A stretch of 64,000 bases of DNA, taken from Vicinamibacteria bacterium (lineage in GTDB: Bacteria > Acidobacteriota > Vicinamibacteria > Marinacidobacterales > Marinacidobacteraceae). Numbering within the stretch: the first letter of the stretch is position 1; each line of letters starts with the position of its first letter. Location: NCBI GenBank assembly GCA_963555995.3, contig OY821641.1, forward strand, positions 3,552,001 to 3,616,000. Direction: 5' to 3'. The notes under the pieces were generated by a model, which did no database searches, was not told the DNA's origin, and saw nothing but the letters and a program-made list of their open reading frames with translations. Shown here piece by piece: positions 17,054 to 25,316 of this stretch. Both the position numbers and the translations under genes were made by a program.

Positions 17054-20000
17054 CTGGGGGCGGAACCTGGTGGCGACGTACTTCCCCGCGTCGCCCTCTC
17101 CCAAGCGCACGGTTCCCGGGCCACTGCGAACGTAGAAGTCCCCCTCCGGGGCCTTCTCCACGCCCTTCCAACGCAGGTGCACCGGCTCCGGGCTCCGCTG
17201 GCAACTCACCAGACACACCGTCTTCCCCGCCACGATCTGCGTAGTCGGATCAATGCACGTCCCGGCGCGGTCGCCGAGGCCGTTGCGGACCGCCTGGGCC
17301 AGGTGCCGCAGGAACTTGTCGTCGGTCTCCAGCCGGTCGTGCTCGATGCCGAGCACCGTGCGGTCGTCGGCCACGCCGATCAGTAGATCCCCGCCCTCCG
17401 TGTTCAGGAACGCCGCGATGGTCTTGAGCGCCGCGTGGGTGATGCGGCGGTCGTCCTTGCGGTCCTCCTTCAGGTTCCAGCGCAGGCTCGACTTGAACTC
17501 CAGCGTCTTCGACTCCTGGAGCTTCAGCAGCTCCTCGGCGCGGCGGTGGCGCTTGATGTAGTCGTCGAAGAGCAGGTTCTTGAGCAACTGCCCGAAGTCG
17601 GGGTCGTCGGTGATGCGCTTGTAGAGGTCGAAGTTCGTCTCGACGATCTCCTGGATCTTGTCTTCGAGCTTGGGATCGAAGGTCAGCCGCACGTTCTCGC
17701 GGGTGTTCACCCGGGCGCTGGCGTCGAGGCCGGCGTCCTCGTCGAGCGCGGAGCGGAGGTGCTCCAGCGTGAGGCGGTGCTCGGGGCCGAGGTCGAGGCC
17801 GAAGCGCTGGTTCAGTTCCTCGATGATCTGGGACAGCGCCTCCAGCTCCGCCGCGTCCGCGCCTGCCGGTGACTTGCTGCCGGCGGGGTCGAGCGCCCCG
17901 ACCTGGCGTTCCAGTGCGATGCGCCCCCGGCTCGTCCGCTGCACGCGGAAGGACTCGATGTCAATGCTCTCCCGGACCTCCAGCGGCAGCGCCTCGCGCT
18001 CGCCCGCGAGCAGCGGTGCGAGGAACCGGGCGAACGCGTAGAGCTTCTCCAGATCGGTGTCCTCGAAGGGGATGACCTGGGAGAGGAAGGCGTAGAGCCG
18101 GAGGTACTCGGCGAGCTGGCTCCGGAACTCGTGGGCGGCGTCGTCGCTGATGCCGACGTAGCGCTGGCGGACGGGTTCGAGCGCGGCGTAGAGCTCTTCC
18201 TGGGCGGGCCGCTCGCGGAAGTACGCCCGGGCGAAGGCGCCTACGTCGTCCGCGTCGAACACCCCGAAGCCGAGCAGCCGGCCCTCGACCTCGTAGAGCA
18301 GATTGGGGTCGGTCTCCTCGGAGAGGAGGGTGGCGTCGTAGTAGGGCTCGAACGCCTTCCGGATCTCGTCGGCCTCGTTCGCGAAGTCGAGGACCATCGC
18401 GCCGTCCTTGCCGGGGTGGGTGCGGTTCAGGCGGGAAAGCGTCTGGACCGCGTTCACGCCGCCGAGCTTCTTGTCCACGTACATCGTGTGGAGCAGGGGT
18501 TGGTCGAAGCCGGTCTGGAACTTGTTGGCCACCACGAGGAAGCGGACCTCGGGCTTCCCGAACTCCGCCGCCGTCTGCCGGTCGCTGATGACGCGCTCCT
18601 CGCCGGCGGAGTTCATGCCGGACTCGGTGTAGGACCGGCCGCCGTCGTTCACCGTGCCGGAGAAGGCGACGAGCGCCTTCCAGGGGTGGCCCCGCTCCCG
18701 GAGCGCGCGGTCGAGCGCGACCCGGGTGCGCACCGCGTGGAGGCGCGAACGGGTCACGATCATCGCCTTGGCGCGGCCGCCGATCTTCGCCGCGACCTGC
18801 GATGCGAAGTGCTCCACGGCGATGGCGGCCTTCTCGCCGACGGCGTGCGGGTGCAGCTCGACGAAGGACTTGAGCAGGGCGGTGGCCTTTTGCCGGTCGT
18901 AGCGCGGGTCGGCCTCGATGGTCTTCAGCAGGCGCCAGCAGGAGCGGTAGGTGGTGTAGCTCTTGAGCACATCGAGGATGAAGCCCTCCTCGATCGCCTG
19001 CCGCATGCTGTAGAGGTGGAACGGCCGGAACGTCCCGTCCGGCTGCTTCTCGCCGAACAGCTCCATCGTCTTCGCCTTCGGGGTGGCGGTGAACGCGAAC
19101 ATCGAGAGGTTCGGCTGCGGACCGCGCCGGCGGATCTCCGCGAGGACGAGGTCCTCGAGTTCCTCTTCCGGCGTCCCGGCGCCCGCTTCCTCGCGCTCGG
19201 CCTCCTCGAGGCTGCCCGCCGCGAGGACGGCCTTGAGGCTCTTGGTGTGCTCGCCGGACTGCGACGAGTGCGCCTCGTCCACGATCACCGCGAAGCGCTT
19301 GCCGGGGAGCTGCCCGATCTGCTCGGAGATGACGGGGAACTTCTGGAGGGTGGTGACGATAATTGTCCGGCCCGCTTCGAGCGCCTCGCGAAGCTGGCGC
19401 GAGGTGTGTTCGATGTTCTCCACCACGCCGAGCGTCTGCTCGAACTGGACGATGGTGGTCTGGAGCTGGCGGTCGAGCACGCGCCGGTCGGTCACCACGA
19501 CCACCGAGTCGAAGACGCGCCGGTCCTCGTCGTCGTGCAGCACGGAGAGCTGGTGGGCGAGCCAAGCGATGGTGAAGCTCTTGCCGCTCCCGGCGGAGTG
19601 CTGGATCAGGGTGCGCCGGCCGGGGCCGCGGCGCCGCGCGTGGCGGACCAGCCGGCGCACGGCGTCGAGTTGCTGGTAGCGCGGGAAGATCAGGAAACGC
19701 CGGCCGGTCTTCCGGCCGCGGTCGTCCTCCTCCTCGATCTCGTGGATGAACTGGCGGATGAGATCGAGCACGCTGTCCCGCGCCCAGATGCGTTCCCACA
19801 GGTAGCGGGTCGCGTAGCCCAGCCGGGTGGGCGGGACCGGCGGGTTTCCGGCGCCGCCGTCGCGGCCCTGGTTGAACGGCAGGAAGCGCGTCTTCGGCCC
19901 GGCGAGCGCGGTGGTGACGAACACCTGGTCGGGGTCCACGGCGAAATGGGCGAGGCAGCGGCCGTAGGCGAGCAGCGGCTCCCGCGGGTCGCGGTCGGTG

Positions 20001-20587
20001 CGGTACTGGTGGATCGCGTCCCGCACGTCCTGGCCGGTGAACGGGTTTTTGAGCTCGGCGGTGAAGATGGGGATGCCGTTCAGGAACAGCGCGAGGTCGA
20101 GGCTCCGGCCGGTCTTCTCGCTGAAGCGCAGTTGGCGGACGACGGCGAAGAGGTTCGCGGCGTGGAGGCGCTGGGTCTCCTCGTTGAGGCCGCTCGCGGG
20201 GCGGAAATACGCGAGCCGGAAGCGGCAGCCCACGTCCCGGACGCCGCGCCGGAGCACGTCGAGCGCCCCGCGCCGGGCGATCTCGCGCGAGAGGCGGCCG
20301 AGGAAGCGGGGCCGGACGTTTTCGCCATAGTGCTGCCGCAGCCGTTGCCATTCCTCCGGCTGGGTGGCGAGGAGGAAGTCGAGGACGTCCGACGGGATCA
20401 GGCAGAGGGCGCGGTCGTAGTCCCGGGAATGGCGTTCGTGGTAGCCGCCGGGGGCGGGGTCGTCGTCGGACGGCGGGAGGGGTTCGGAGATGCCCCGGCG
20501 GCGGTGCGGCCGGGCGTCGGGGCCGTGCTGGAGGAGGGAGTACTCGATGGCGTCCTCGAACGCGCGTTCGGAGATGCCGAGTCTCAT
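17045..20587 (-). CDS. hsdR: Type I restriction endonuclease subunit R with C-terminal Schlafen/AlbA_2 domain
   Basis: DLALFLNGIPIFTAELK nuclease motif, HSAGSGKS, DEAH, FTATPK, FQTGFD and QTLSRLNR. C-terminal ESKTLEFK...AAFLNTEGGDLLIGVADD. Confidence 0.95.
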   Translation of the reverse strand: MRLGISERAFEDAIEYSLLQHGPDARPHRRRGISEPLPPSDDDPAPGGYHERHSRDYDRALCLIPSDVLDFLLATQPEEWQRLRQHYGENVRPRFLGRLSREIARRGALDVLRRGVRDVGCRFRLAYFRPASGLNEETQRLHAANLFAVVRQLRFSEKTGRSLDLALFLNGIPIFTAELKNPFTGQDVRDAIHQYRTDRDPREPLLAYGRCLAHFAVDPDQVFVTTALAGPKTRFLPFNQGRDGGAGNPPVPPTRLGYATRYLWERIWARDSVLDLIRQFIHEIEEEDDRGRKTGRRFLIFPRYQQLDAVRRLVRHARRRGPGRRTLIQHSAGSGKSFTIAWLAHQLSVLHDDEDRRVFDSVVVVTDRRVLDRQLQTTIVQFEQTLGVVENIEHTSRQLREALEAGRTIIVTTLQKFPVISEQIGQLPGKRFAVIVDEAHSSQSGEHTKSLKAVLAAGSLEEAEREEAGAGTPEEELEDLVLAEIRRRGPQPNLSMFAFTATPKAKTMELFGEKQPDGTFRPFHLYSMRQAIEEGFILDVLKSYTTYRSCWRLLKTIEADPRYDRQKATALLKSFVELHPHAVGEKAAIAVEHFASQVAAKIGGRAKAMIVTRSRLHAVRTRVALDRALRERGHPWKALVAFSGTVNDGGRSYTESGMNSAGEERVISDRQTAAEFGKPEVRFLVVANKFQTGFDQPLLHTMYVDKKLGGVNAVQTLSRLNRTHPGKDGAMVLDFANEADEIRKAFEPYYDATLLSEETDPNLLYEVEGRLLGFGVFDADDVGAFARAYFRERPAQEELYAALEPVRQRYVGISDDAAHEFRSQLAEYLRLYAFLSQVIPFEDTDLEKLYAFARFLAPLLAGEREALPLEVRESIDIESFRVQRTSRGRIALERQVGALDPAGSKSPAGADAAELEALSQIIEELNQRFGLDLGPEHRLTLEHLRSALDEDAGLDASARVNTRENVRLTFDPKLEDKIQEIVETNFDLYKRITDDPDFGQLLKNLLFDDYIKRHRRAEELLKLQESKTLEFKSSLRWNLKEDRKDDRRITHAALKTIAAFLNTEGGDLLIGVADDRTVLGIEHDRLETDDKFLRHLAQAVRNGLGDRAGTCIDPTTQIVAGKTVCLVSCQRSPEPVHLRWKGVEKAPEGDFYVRSGPGTVRLGEGDAGKYVATRFRPQLS

Positions 20588-21933
20588 GCGGCTTCGGCGC
20601 GGATGTCGATCTTGCCGGTGACGGCGGCGGAGATGAGGGCGGTGCGGTACTCGTGGAGGAGGGTGATGGCCATCTGAACCTTTGCGATGAGCGCGTCCGT
20701 ATTGGATGTTTGGCGGTCGAGGTAGTTGGCGATCACCCGCTGATCCTTCTTGGGTGGTTCAACCACGACGAGATCCTTGACCGCTTCCTGGGAAATGTTG
20801 CTGGCGAGGCCACCGCCCCCGCTGATCACGGATTCGATCTGCCAGCGGACAAGCCGTGAGTTCAGCGCATATCCAATGAAGTGGCGGTGTGCCCTTCTCG
20901 CGTTCGTGTGGAGTCGAAAAACCTTGTCGCATAACAGCAGGCGTGGACGGCATTCCCGTACTACCGCGACGGAACCCACAAGCTCTCGGGACCCACTCGC
21001 CCGTGACATGAGCACATCGCCAGCCTTGATTTCAAGAGATGGAAGGGGCTTGAGCCTCAAAGGTAGAGCCTTGTTCTCTGACTCCACGAACGCGCCCTGG
21101 TTGACACAGCCTGCCTTGAGAACTCCCCATTCATCGGCGTCGGCCTCACGGTTCTCGCATTCGGGACTCCATCCCTGTTCGATGTGACGCACGAGATGGC
21201 GGAGTCTCTTCACCGTCCAATGCGCCGGGATCGCGCCCAGCCACTTGATGCCGGAGTCCTTCATGGGCGCGTTCGGATCGATGCCCCGGGTGACCGCGCG
21301 CGTGATGAGCGCGGTGCGCTTTTCCTGAAGCAACTCGATCAGCCGCTCCTTCTTCGCCACCAGCGCATCAATCTTCACCGTCTCCCGATCGAGAAAGTTC
21401 GCGATGTCGCGCTGTTCCTCCAGAGGCGGCACCACCAGCGCGACGGACTCGAGATCTGCACTCGCCAGTTCCATGAAGGTGCTTCCCCGACCGGCGGCCT
21501 CAAGAACCGGCTTTGCGGCACGAACCTGAAAGTAGAAGTAGGTCTTACTGCTGGAGTCTCGAAACACAAGGGAGCGACAACCCTGATTCGTGCAGACGGG
21601 TGTGCCGGCAATTGCTAGATGGCCGATCGGCGCGCGGGTAGAAAGGACCAGAGTCCCGGCAGGGACCAACTGGGTGCCACAGCTCTCGTAGCCCTTGCGC
21701 GTGATGCACCGTCCCGGCTCAAAGAGCACCCTCTCCTCTATCTTGCCCAGGTCTTCGGGAGTCACCCACGGGATGTCCCCGTCCCAGTAGTCGGGTTCGC
21801 CACTCTTGGGCGTGGAACCGTTCACGACCCGAAACTGCCGTTTCAGGACCTTGGTTTCCCAATGCGACGGTATGCCGCTCATCCACTCGACGCCGGAGTC
21901 CTGGTATTCCGGGTATGGCCGGAAGCGCCGCAC
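20584..21933 (-). CDS. hsdS: Type I restriction-modification specificity subunit
   Basis: YPEYQDSGVEW, PPLEEQRDIANFLDRET, MKDSGIKWLGAIPAHW and ALISAAVTGKID. Two more AT-rich TRDs. Start is GTG 21933 or an upstream ATG (frame open to 21981). Confidence 0.95.
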   Translation of the reverse strand: MRRFRPYPEYQDSGVEWMSGIPSHWETKVLKRQFRVVNGSTPKSGEPDYWDGDIPWVTPEDLGKIEERVLFEPGRCITRKGYESCGTQLVPAGTLVLSTRAPIGHLAIAGTPVCTNQGCRSLVFRDSSSKTYFYFQVRAAKPVLEAAGRGSTFMELASADLESVALVVPPLEEQRDIANFLDRETVKIDALVAKKERLIELLQEKRTALITRAVTRGIDPNAPMKDSGIKWLGAIPAHWTVKRLRHLVRHIEQGWSPECENREADADEWGVLKAGCVNQGAFVESENKALPLRLKPLPSLEIKAGDVLMSRASGSRELVGSVAVVRECRPRLLLCDKVFRLHTNARRAHRHFIGYALNSRLVRWQIESVISGGGGLASNISQEAVKDLVVVEPPKKDQRVIANYLDRQTSNTDALIAKVQMAITLLHEYRTALISAAVTGKIDIRAEAA

Positions 21934-21942
21934 CCCGCGTCG

Positions 21943-22300
21943 ATCATGCCTCGATCCGCGCATCATGCCCCGATCCATCATGCCTCGATCCGCGCATCAT
22001 GCCCCGATCCATCATGCCTCGATATGGGGATCATGCCCCGATATCGGCCTCCGGCTTCGCGATCCGATTCTGTTTCCTGTTGTTCCCGATCGGGACCACC
22101 GGACCGATTGCCTACCGGTTCCAGGGCTCTTTTGGCCGGTTTCGGAGGCTTCCGACCCCGATTTCGCCGAACTGCCGGCCGTTTCGAGACAGCCGCTCTC
22201 CCCGTCTCCCCGAGTGCCCAACCGGCCCATCATGCCCCGATATCGCGTGATCATGCCTCGATATCGCCGATCATGCCCCGATTCGCGATCATGCCCCGAT
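21943..22300. repeat. Array of ten 13-bp ATCATGCCYCGAT direct repeats in two clusters
   Basis: Copies start at 21943, 21962, 21977, 21996, 22011, 22030 and at 22229, 22250, 22270, 22288. Confidence 0.9.
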
Positions 22301-22361
22301 CCGTGTGGACATCCGGCTCAGCCACCGCCGGATCGCGTCCTCGTCACCCAGCGCGACGGGG

Positions 22362-23003
22362 TCATGCTTGCAGGGCCTCCAGTGCCGGACGGATGAGTGA
22401 CTTGGCGCGGCAGATTTCGGCCGCCCGCCAAATCTGGCCGGAGGTCGCCTTGCGGTCGTAGAGCGTGTCGCGCAGGGCCTCAAGCGCTACGTCCAGGCCG
22501 ACGATGCGACGGAAGCGGAAGCAGTCCACCACGGTGCGCGCCGGCGTCGTGATACGTCCGGGAACACCGTCGAAGGTGGCGCTCACGACCCCGTAGCGCA
22601 GCGAGGCTCCGGAGAAACGGACCACCCGAATCGGCAGCTCCGGAACGTGGGGCGCGCGGGCCTTGTGGGGGATGCCGATCCAGACCTTGCGAGGAAGCTG
22701 GGTACCGATTTCGTAGATGTCCAGGGCGGTCACCAGGCAGACGATGGCGCCCGGAACCCGCGCGCACACGGCCCCCTCGGTGTAGTGTTCGGTCAGTTCG
22801 GCGTCGGTGTTGCGATAGAGGCCGCGCGCCACGCGGTCAACCGATCCGTCGTCCATCAGCCGCCGCAGTGTGCGGGAGTCGAGGCCCAGATCGGCAGCCT
22901 CGCGGCGGCGGAAGAAGGTTCGTCCGGCAAGCCGCTTCGGGTGAGCCGGGTGCTCTGAAATGTCGGCAATTACGTGTGATTGCCGACGTTTTGAAACAGA
23001 CAT
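22362..23003 (-). CDS. abiEi: Type IV toxin-antitoxin antitoxin / transcriptional regulator, AbiEi family
   Basis: N-terminal wHTH (RVARGLYR), CLVTAL, ITTPARTVVDCFRFR and VALEALR. Confidence 0.88.
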   Translation of the reverse strand: MSVSKRRQSHVIADISEHPAHPKRLAGRTFFRRREAADLGLDSRTLRRLMDDGSVDRVARGLYRNTDAELTEHYTEGAVCARVPGAIVCLVTALDIYEIGTQLPRKVWIGIPHKARAPHVPELPIRVVRFSGASLRYGVVSATFDGVPGRITTPARTVVDCFRFRRIVGLDVALEALRDTLYDRKATSGQIWRAAEICRAKSLIRPALEALQA

Positions 23004-23073
23004 GCGGGAAGGATAGCCGGTTGGGAGTCATGTGTCAAAACGTCGGCATATATTGTTATTTGCCGACATATTG
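22958..23073. promoter_or_regulatory. Two GTCGGCA-N12-TGCCGAC inverted repeats (putative AbiEi operators)
   Basis: 22962-22987 and 23042-23067, with identical arms and spacer length, at the 5' end of abiEi. Confidence 0.7.
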
Positions 23074-23143
23074 ATGCAATGTTGCCGAGTCGTGTCTGAT
23101 TCCTGAGAGGCTTCCGCGATCGCGAAGAGTCCCGGCCGGTCAA

Positions 23144-23449
23144 TCAGGCCGGCACGTACCGTTCGACCCTGATCTCGTCCGCCCGGGCTCGCATGCACGA
23201 TGCGTCGTGCCATGCCTGCAAACGGAGCAGCAGATCCATGCTCACGCCGAACGCCTTCTCCACCCGAAGCGCCATCTCCGGCGAGAGTGCGGTGCCGCCG
23301 TTCAGGAGTTCGGAAAGCGTCGTCTTCCGGACCCCGAGAATCTCGGCCGCCCGGGTGACGCTGAGCCCCAACTCCTCAATGACTTCCGCGCGGATGAAGT
23401 CGCCCGGGTGAGAAGGCGTCATGTTGATTCGGATTCCTTTGCCAGCCAT
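23144..23449 (-). CDS. higA: HigA-family addiction module antitoxin
   Basis: HPGDFIRAEVIEELGLSVTRAAEILGV...LSPEMALRVEKAFG...LLRLQAWHD. Confidence 0.92.
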   Translation of the reverse strand: MAGKGIRINMTPSHPGDFIRAEVIEELGLSVTRAAEILGVRKTTLSELLNGGTALSPEMALRVEKAFGVSMDLLLRLQAWHDASCMRARADEIRVERYVPA

Positions 23450-23540
23450 CAGTGACGGTCCGAGAAGTCTAGGGACACCGGACGGGTGGGTCGGTGCGAC
23501 ATTCGGCGAGGGCTGACGCCAACCGGAGGGGTGTTGTGCG

Positions 23541-23564
23541 GTGCCGGCTGAAGCCGGCGTTCCC
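23541..23564 (-). repeat. REP-like palindrome (short-stem variant)
   Basis: Reverse copy of GGGAACGCCGGCTTCAGCCGGCAC. Confidence 0.8.
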
Positions 23565-23594
23565 GGCCGGCGGCGTCATCCAGCCGGGACGGCG

Positions 23595-23801
23595 TCAGGC
23601 GGACTTGTAGCGTTTCCGGAGCCGCCCAATGACCTCCTCGGCGGGCTCGGTCTGACCGGCTTCGATCTGTCGGTCTCCCAGTTCGAGTATCTGGAGGAGG
23701 GCCTCGGCCTCCTGCTGTCGTTCCCGGCTCGCGGCGTCGTTCGCCGGGGCTTGGGCGTCCATGGTGGAAAACGATTCCGGTGGCGTGGGTTTTTTCTTCA
23801 T
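23595..23801 (-). CDS. Small protein resembling the C-terminal half of Phd/YefM antitoxins (possibly truncated)
   Basis: ERQQEAEALLQILELGDRQIEAGQTEPAEEVIGRLR. The N-terminal Phd DNA-binding strand is not recognisable. Confidence 0.5.
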   Translation of the reverse strand: MKKKPTPPESFSTMDAQAPANDAASRERQQEAEALLQILELGDRQIEAGQTEPAEEVIGRLRKRYKSA

Positions 23802-23881
23802 GTGCAGGTGCTCGCCGTCGTCCGGTCCCGTCAGTTGTAGCGTAAATCGAAACTGCGGCAGATCGGTAGTAAACTGCGTAT

Positions 23882-25069
23882 ATGCCGCAGTCGTGGATTC
23901 CCCGGACGCTCGAACCGGTGCTCGACGGCCCGGCCGAAGCGCTCCGGCTCTTTCCCGTGTGGCTGCTGCTCGGGCCGCGGCAGGTCGGCAAGAGTTCCCT
24001 GCTGCATCGGTGCTCCAAGGGTCACGCCTTCGTCAACCTCGACGATCTCGAGGTGCGCGCACGGGCCACCGGCGATCCGGTCCTGTTCATGCGGGACCTC
24101 CGGCCGCCCTTCGTCATTGACGAGATCCAGTACGCGCCGGAACTGCTCAGTCCGATCAAGCGGATCGTGGACGAGGGCGCCCTGGAGCCCGGGGCGATCC
24201 GGCTGACGGGCTCCCAGAACTTCCGGGTGATGCAGGGCGTCACGGAAACGCTCGCCGGGCGGGTCGCGATTCTCAATCTCCTGGGGCTCACGGGGGAAGA
24301 AAAGAGGATCGTGGACCCGCTGACGCCGGGCGAGTACTTCGCCCGACTGCTGGAAACCGGTTTCCCCCGCCTGGCCGGCGTCCCCGAGGGCGCGGCCCGC
24401 GATCTCTACCTTTCGTCCTACGTCCAGACCTACATCGAGCGGGACGTGCGCGAGTTGCTCCGCATCGGCAAGCGCCGCGAGTTCGAGACGTTCGTCCGGC
24501 TGGCGGCGCTTCGTACCGGGCAGGTGGTGAACGTCCAGGACCTGGCCCGCGACGCGGGCGTCTCGCCGGCCACCGTCCGGGAGTGGCTCAGCCTGCTGGA
24601 GGACAGTTTCCTGATCCGGCTCGTCTCCCCGTATTTCACGAACCGGACGCGCCGGATGACGAAGAGCCCGAAGCTCTACTTCCTGGATGCCGGACTCGCC
24701 GCCTGGCTGGGCGGCTGGAGGACCGGCGACCAGGCCCGCCTGGGACCGATGGGCGGCGCCCTCTTCGAGACGCAGGTCTTCTCCGAGATCCTCCGCCGCT
24801 TTCGCCACCGGGCCGCCGAGGTCGAGATCCATTTCTGGCGCACCCGCGACGGACAGGAGATTGACTTCCTGGTCGAACACGCGGGCAAGGTCTGGCCGGT
24901 CGAGGTGAAGCTCGGCTCTCCGCGGGCCGGGCGCCTTCCGCGGCTCGATCGGATCGGCGGCCCGAACTGGCAGGCCGGCCAGCTCGTCTCCCTCGCCGCG
25001 CCGGAAGAACCGGTCCGCATTCGCGCGGACTGGACTCTCTCAACCCCGTCGGCGCTCGAACTTGGCTGA
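23882..25069 (+). CDS. AAA+ ATPase with DUF4143 and C-terminal PD-(D/E)XK-like motif
   Basis: GPRQVGKS, IDEIQ, LTGS, ETLAGR, KSPKLYFLDAGL and EIDFLVE...PVEVK. Confidence 0.92.
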   Translation: MPQSWIPRTLEPVLDGPAEALRLFPVWLLLGPRQVGKSSLLHRCSKGHAFVNLDDLEVRARATGDPVLFMRDLRPPFVIDEIQYAPELLSPIKRIVDEGALEPGAIRLTGSQNFRVMQGVTETLAGRVAILNLLGLTGEEKRIVDPLTPGEYFARLLETGFPRLAGVPEGAARDLYLSSYVQTYIERDVRELLRIGKRREFETFVRLAALRTGQVVNVQDLARDAGVSPATVREWLSLLEDSFLIRLVSPYFTNRTRRMTKSPKLYFLDAGLAAWLGGWRTGDQARLGPMGGALFETQVFSEILRRFRHRAAEVEIHFWRTRDGQEIDFLVEHAGKVWPVEVKLGSPRAGRLPRLDRIGGPNWQAGQLVSLAAPEEPVRIRADWTLSTPSALELG

Positions 25070-25125
25070 GCGCCGGCGGTTGCGCGTTGACGCTTCGTCA
25101 ACACCCGGAAAACGACGCAAACGGC

Positions 25126-25267
25126 TTGGAGCGCCGGCTTCAGCCGGCACTGCACGACGCTCGACAGCCGTATTGCGCCGGGGCCGGTTGGTCGCGCCAT
25201 CCTGGCCGGGGCGCGCCGCGCCGCTGCGGCCCTGCGGGCCGCGTGCCGGCTGAAGCCGGCGTTCCAA
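25126..25267. repeat. Inverted REP doublet (REPIN-like)
   Basis: 25126-25150 (+) and 25243-25267 (-), both with stem GCCGGC-TTCA-GCCGGC. Confidence 0.85.
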
Positions 25268-25316
25268 GCCGGAGGCAATGTGCGCTGGTTGACGTCTCGC
25301 GTGGCAGGGACAGGAA

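Noticed and set aside
21943-22300. Possible CRISPR array or repeat-protein ORFs (IMPR repeats)
   Set aside because: The unit is 13 bp with 2-8 bp linkers. The overlapping plus-strand ORFs run antisense into hsdS and have no recognisable domain.
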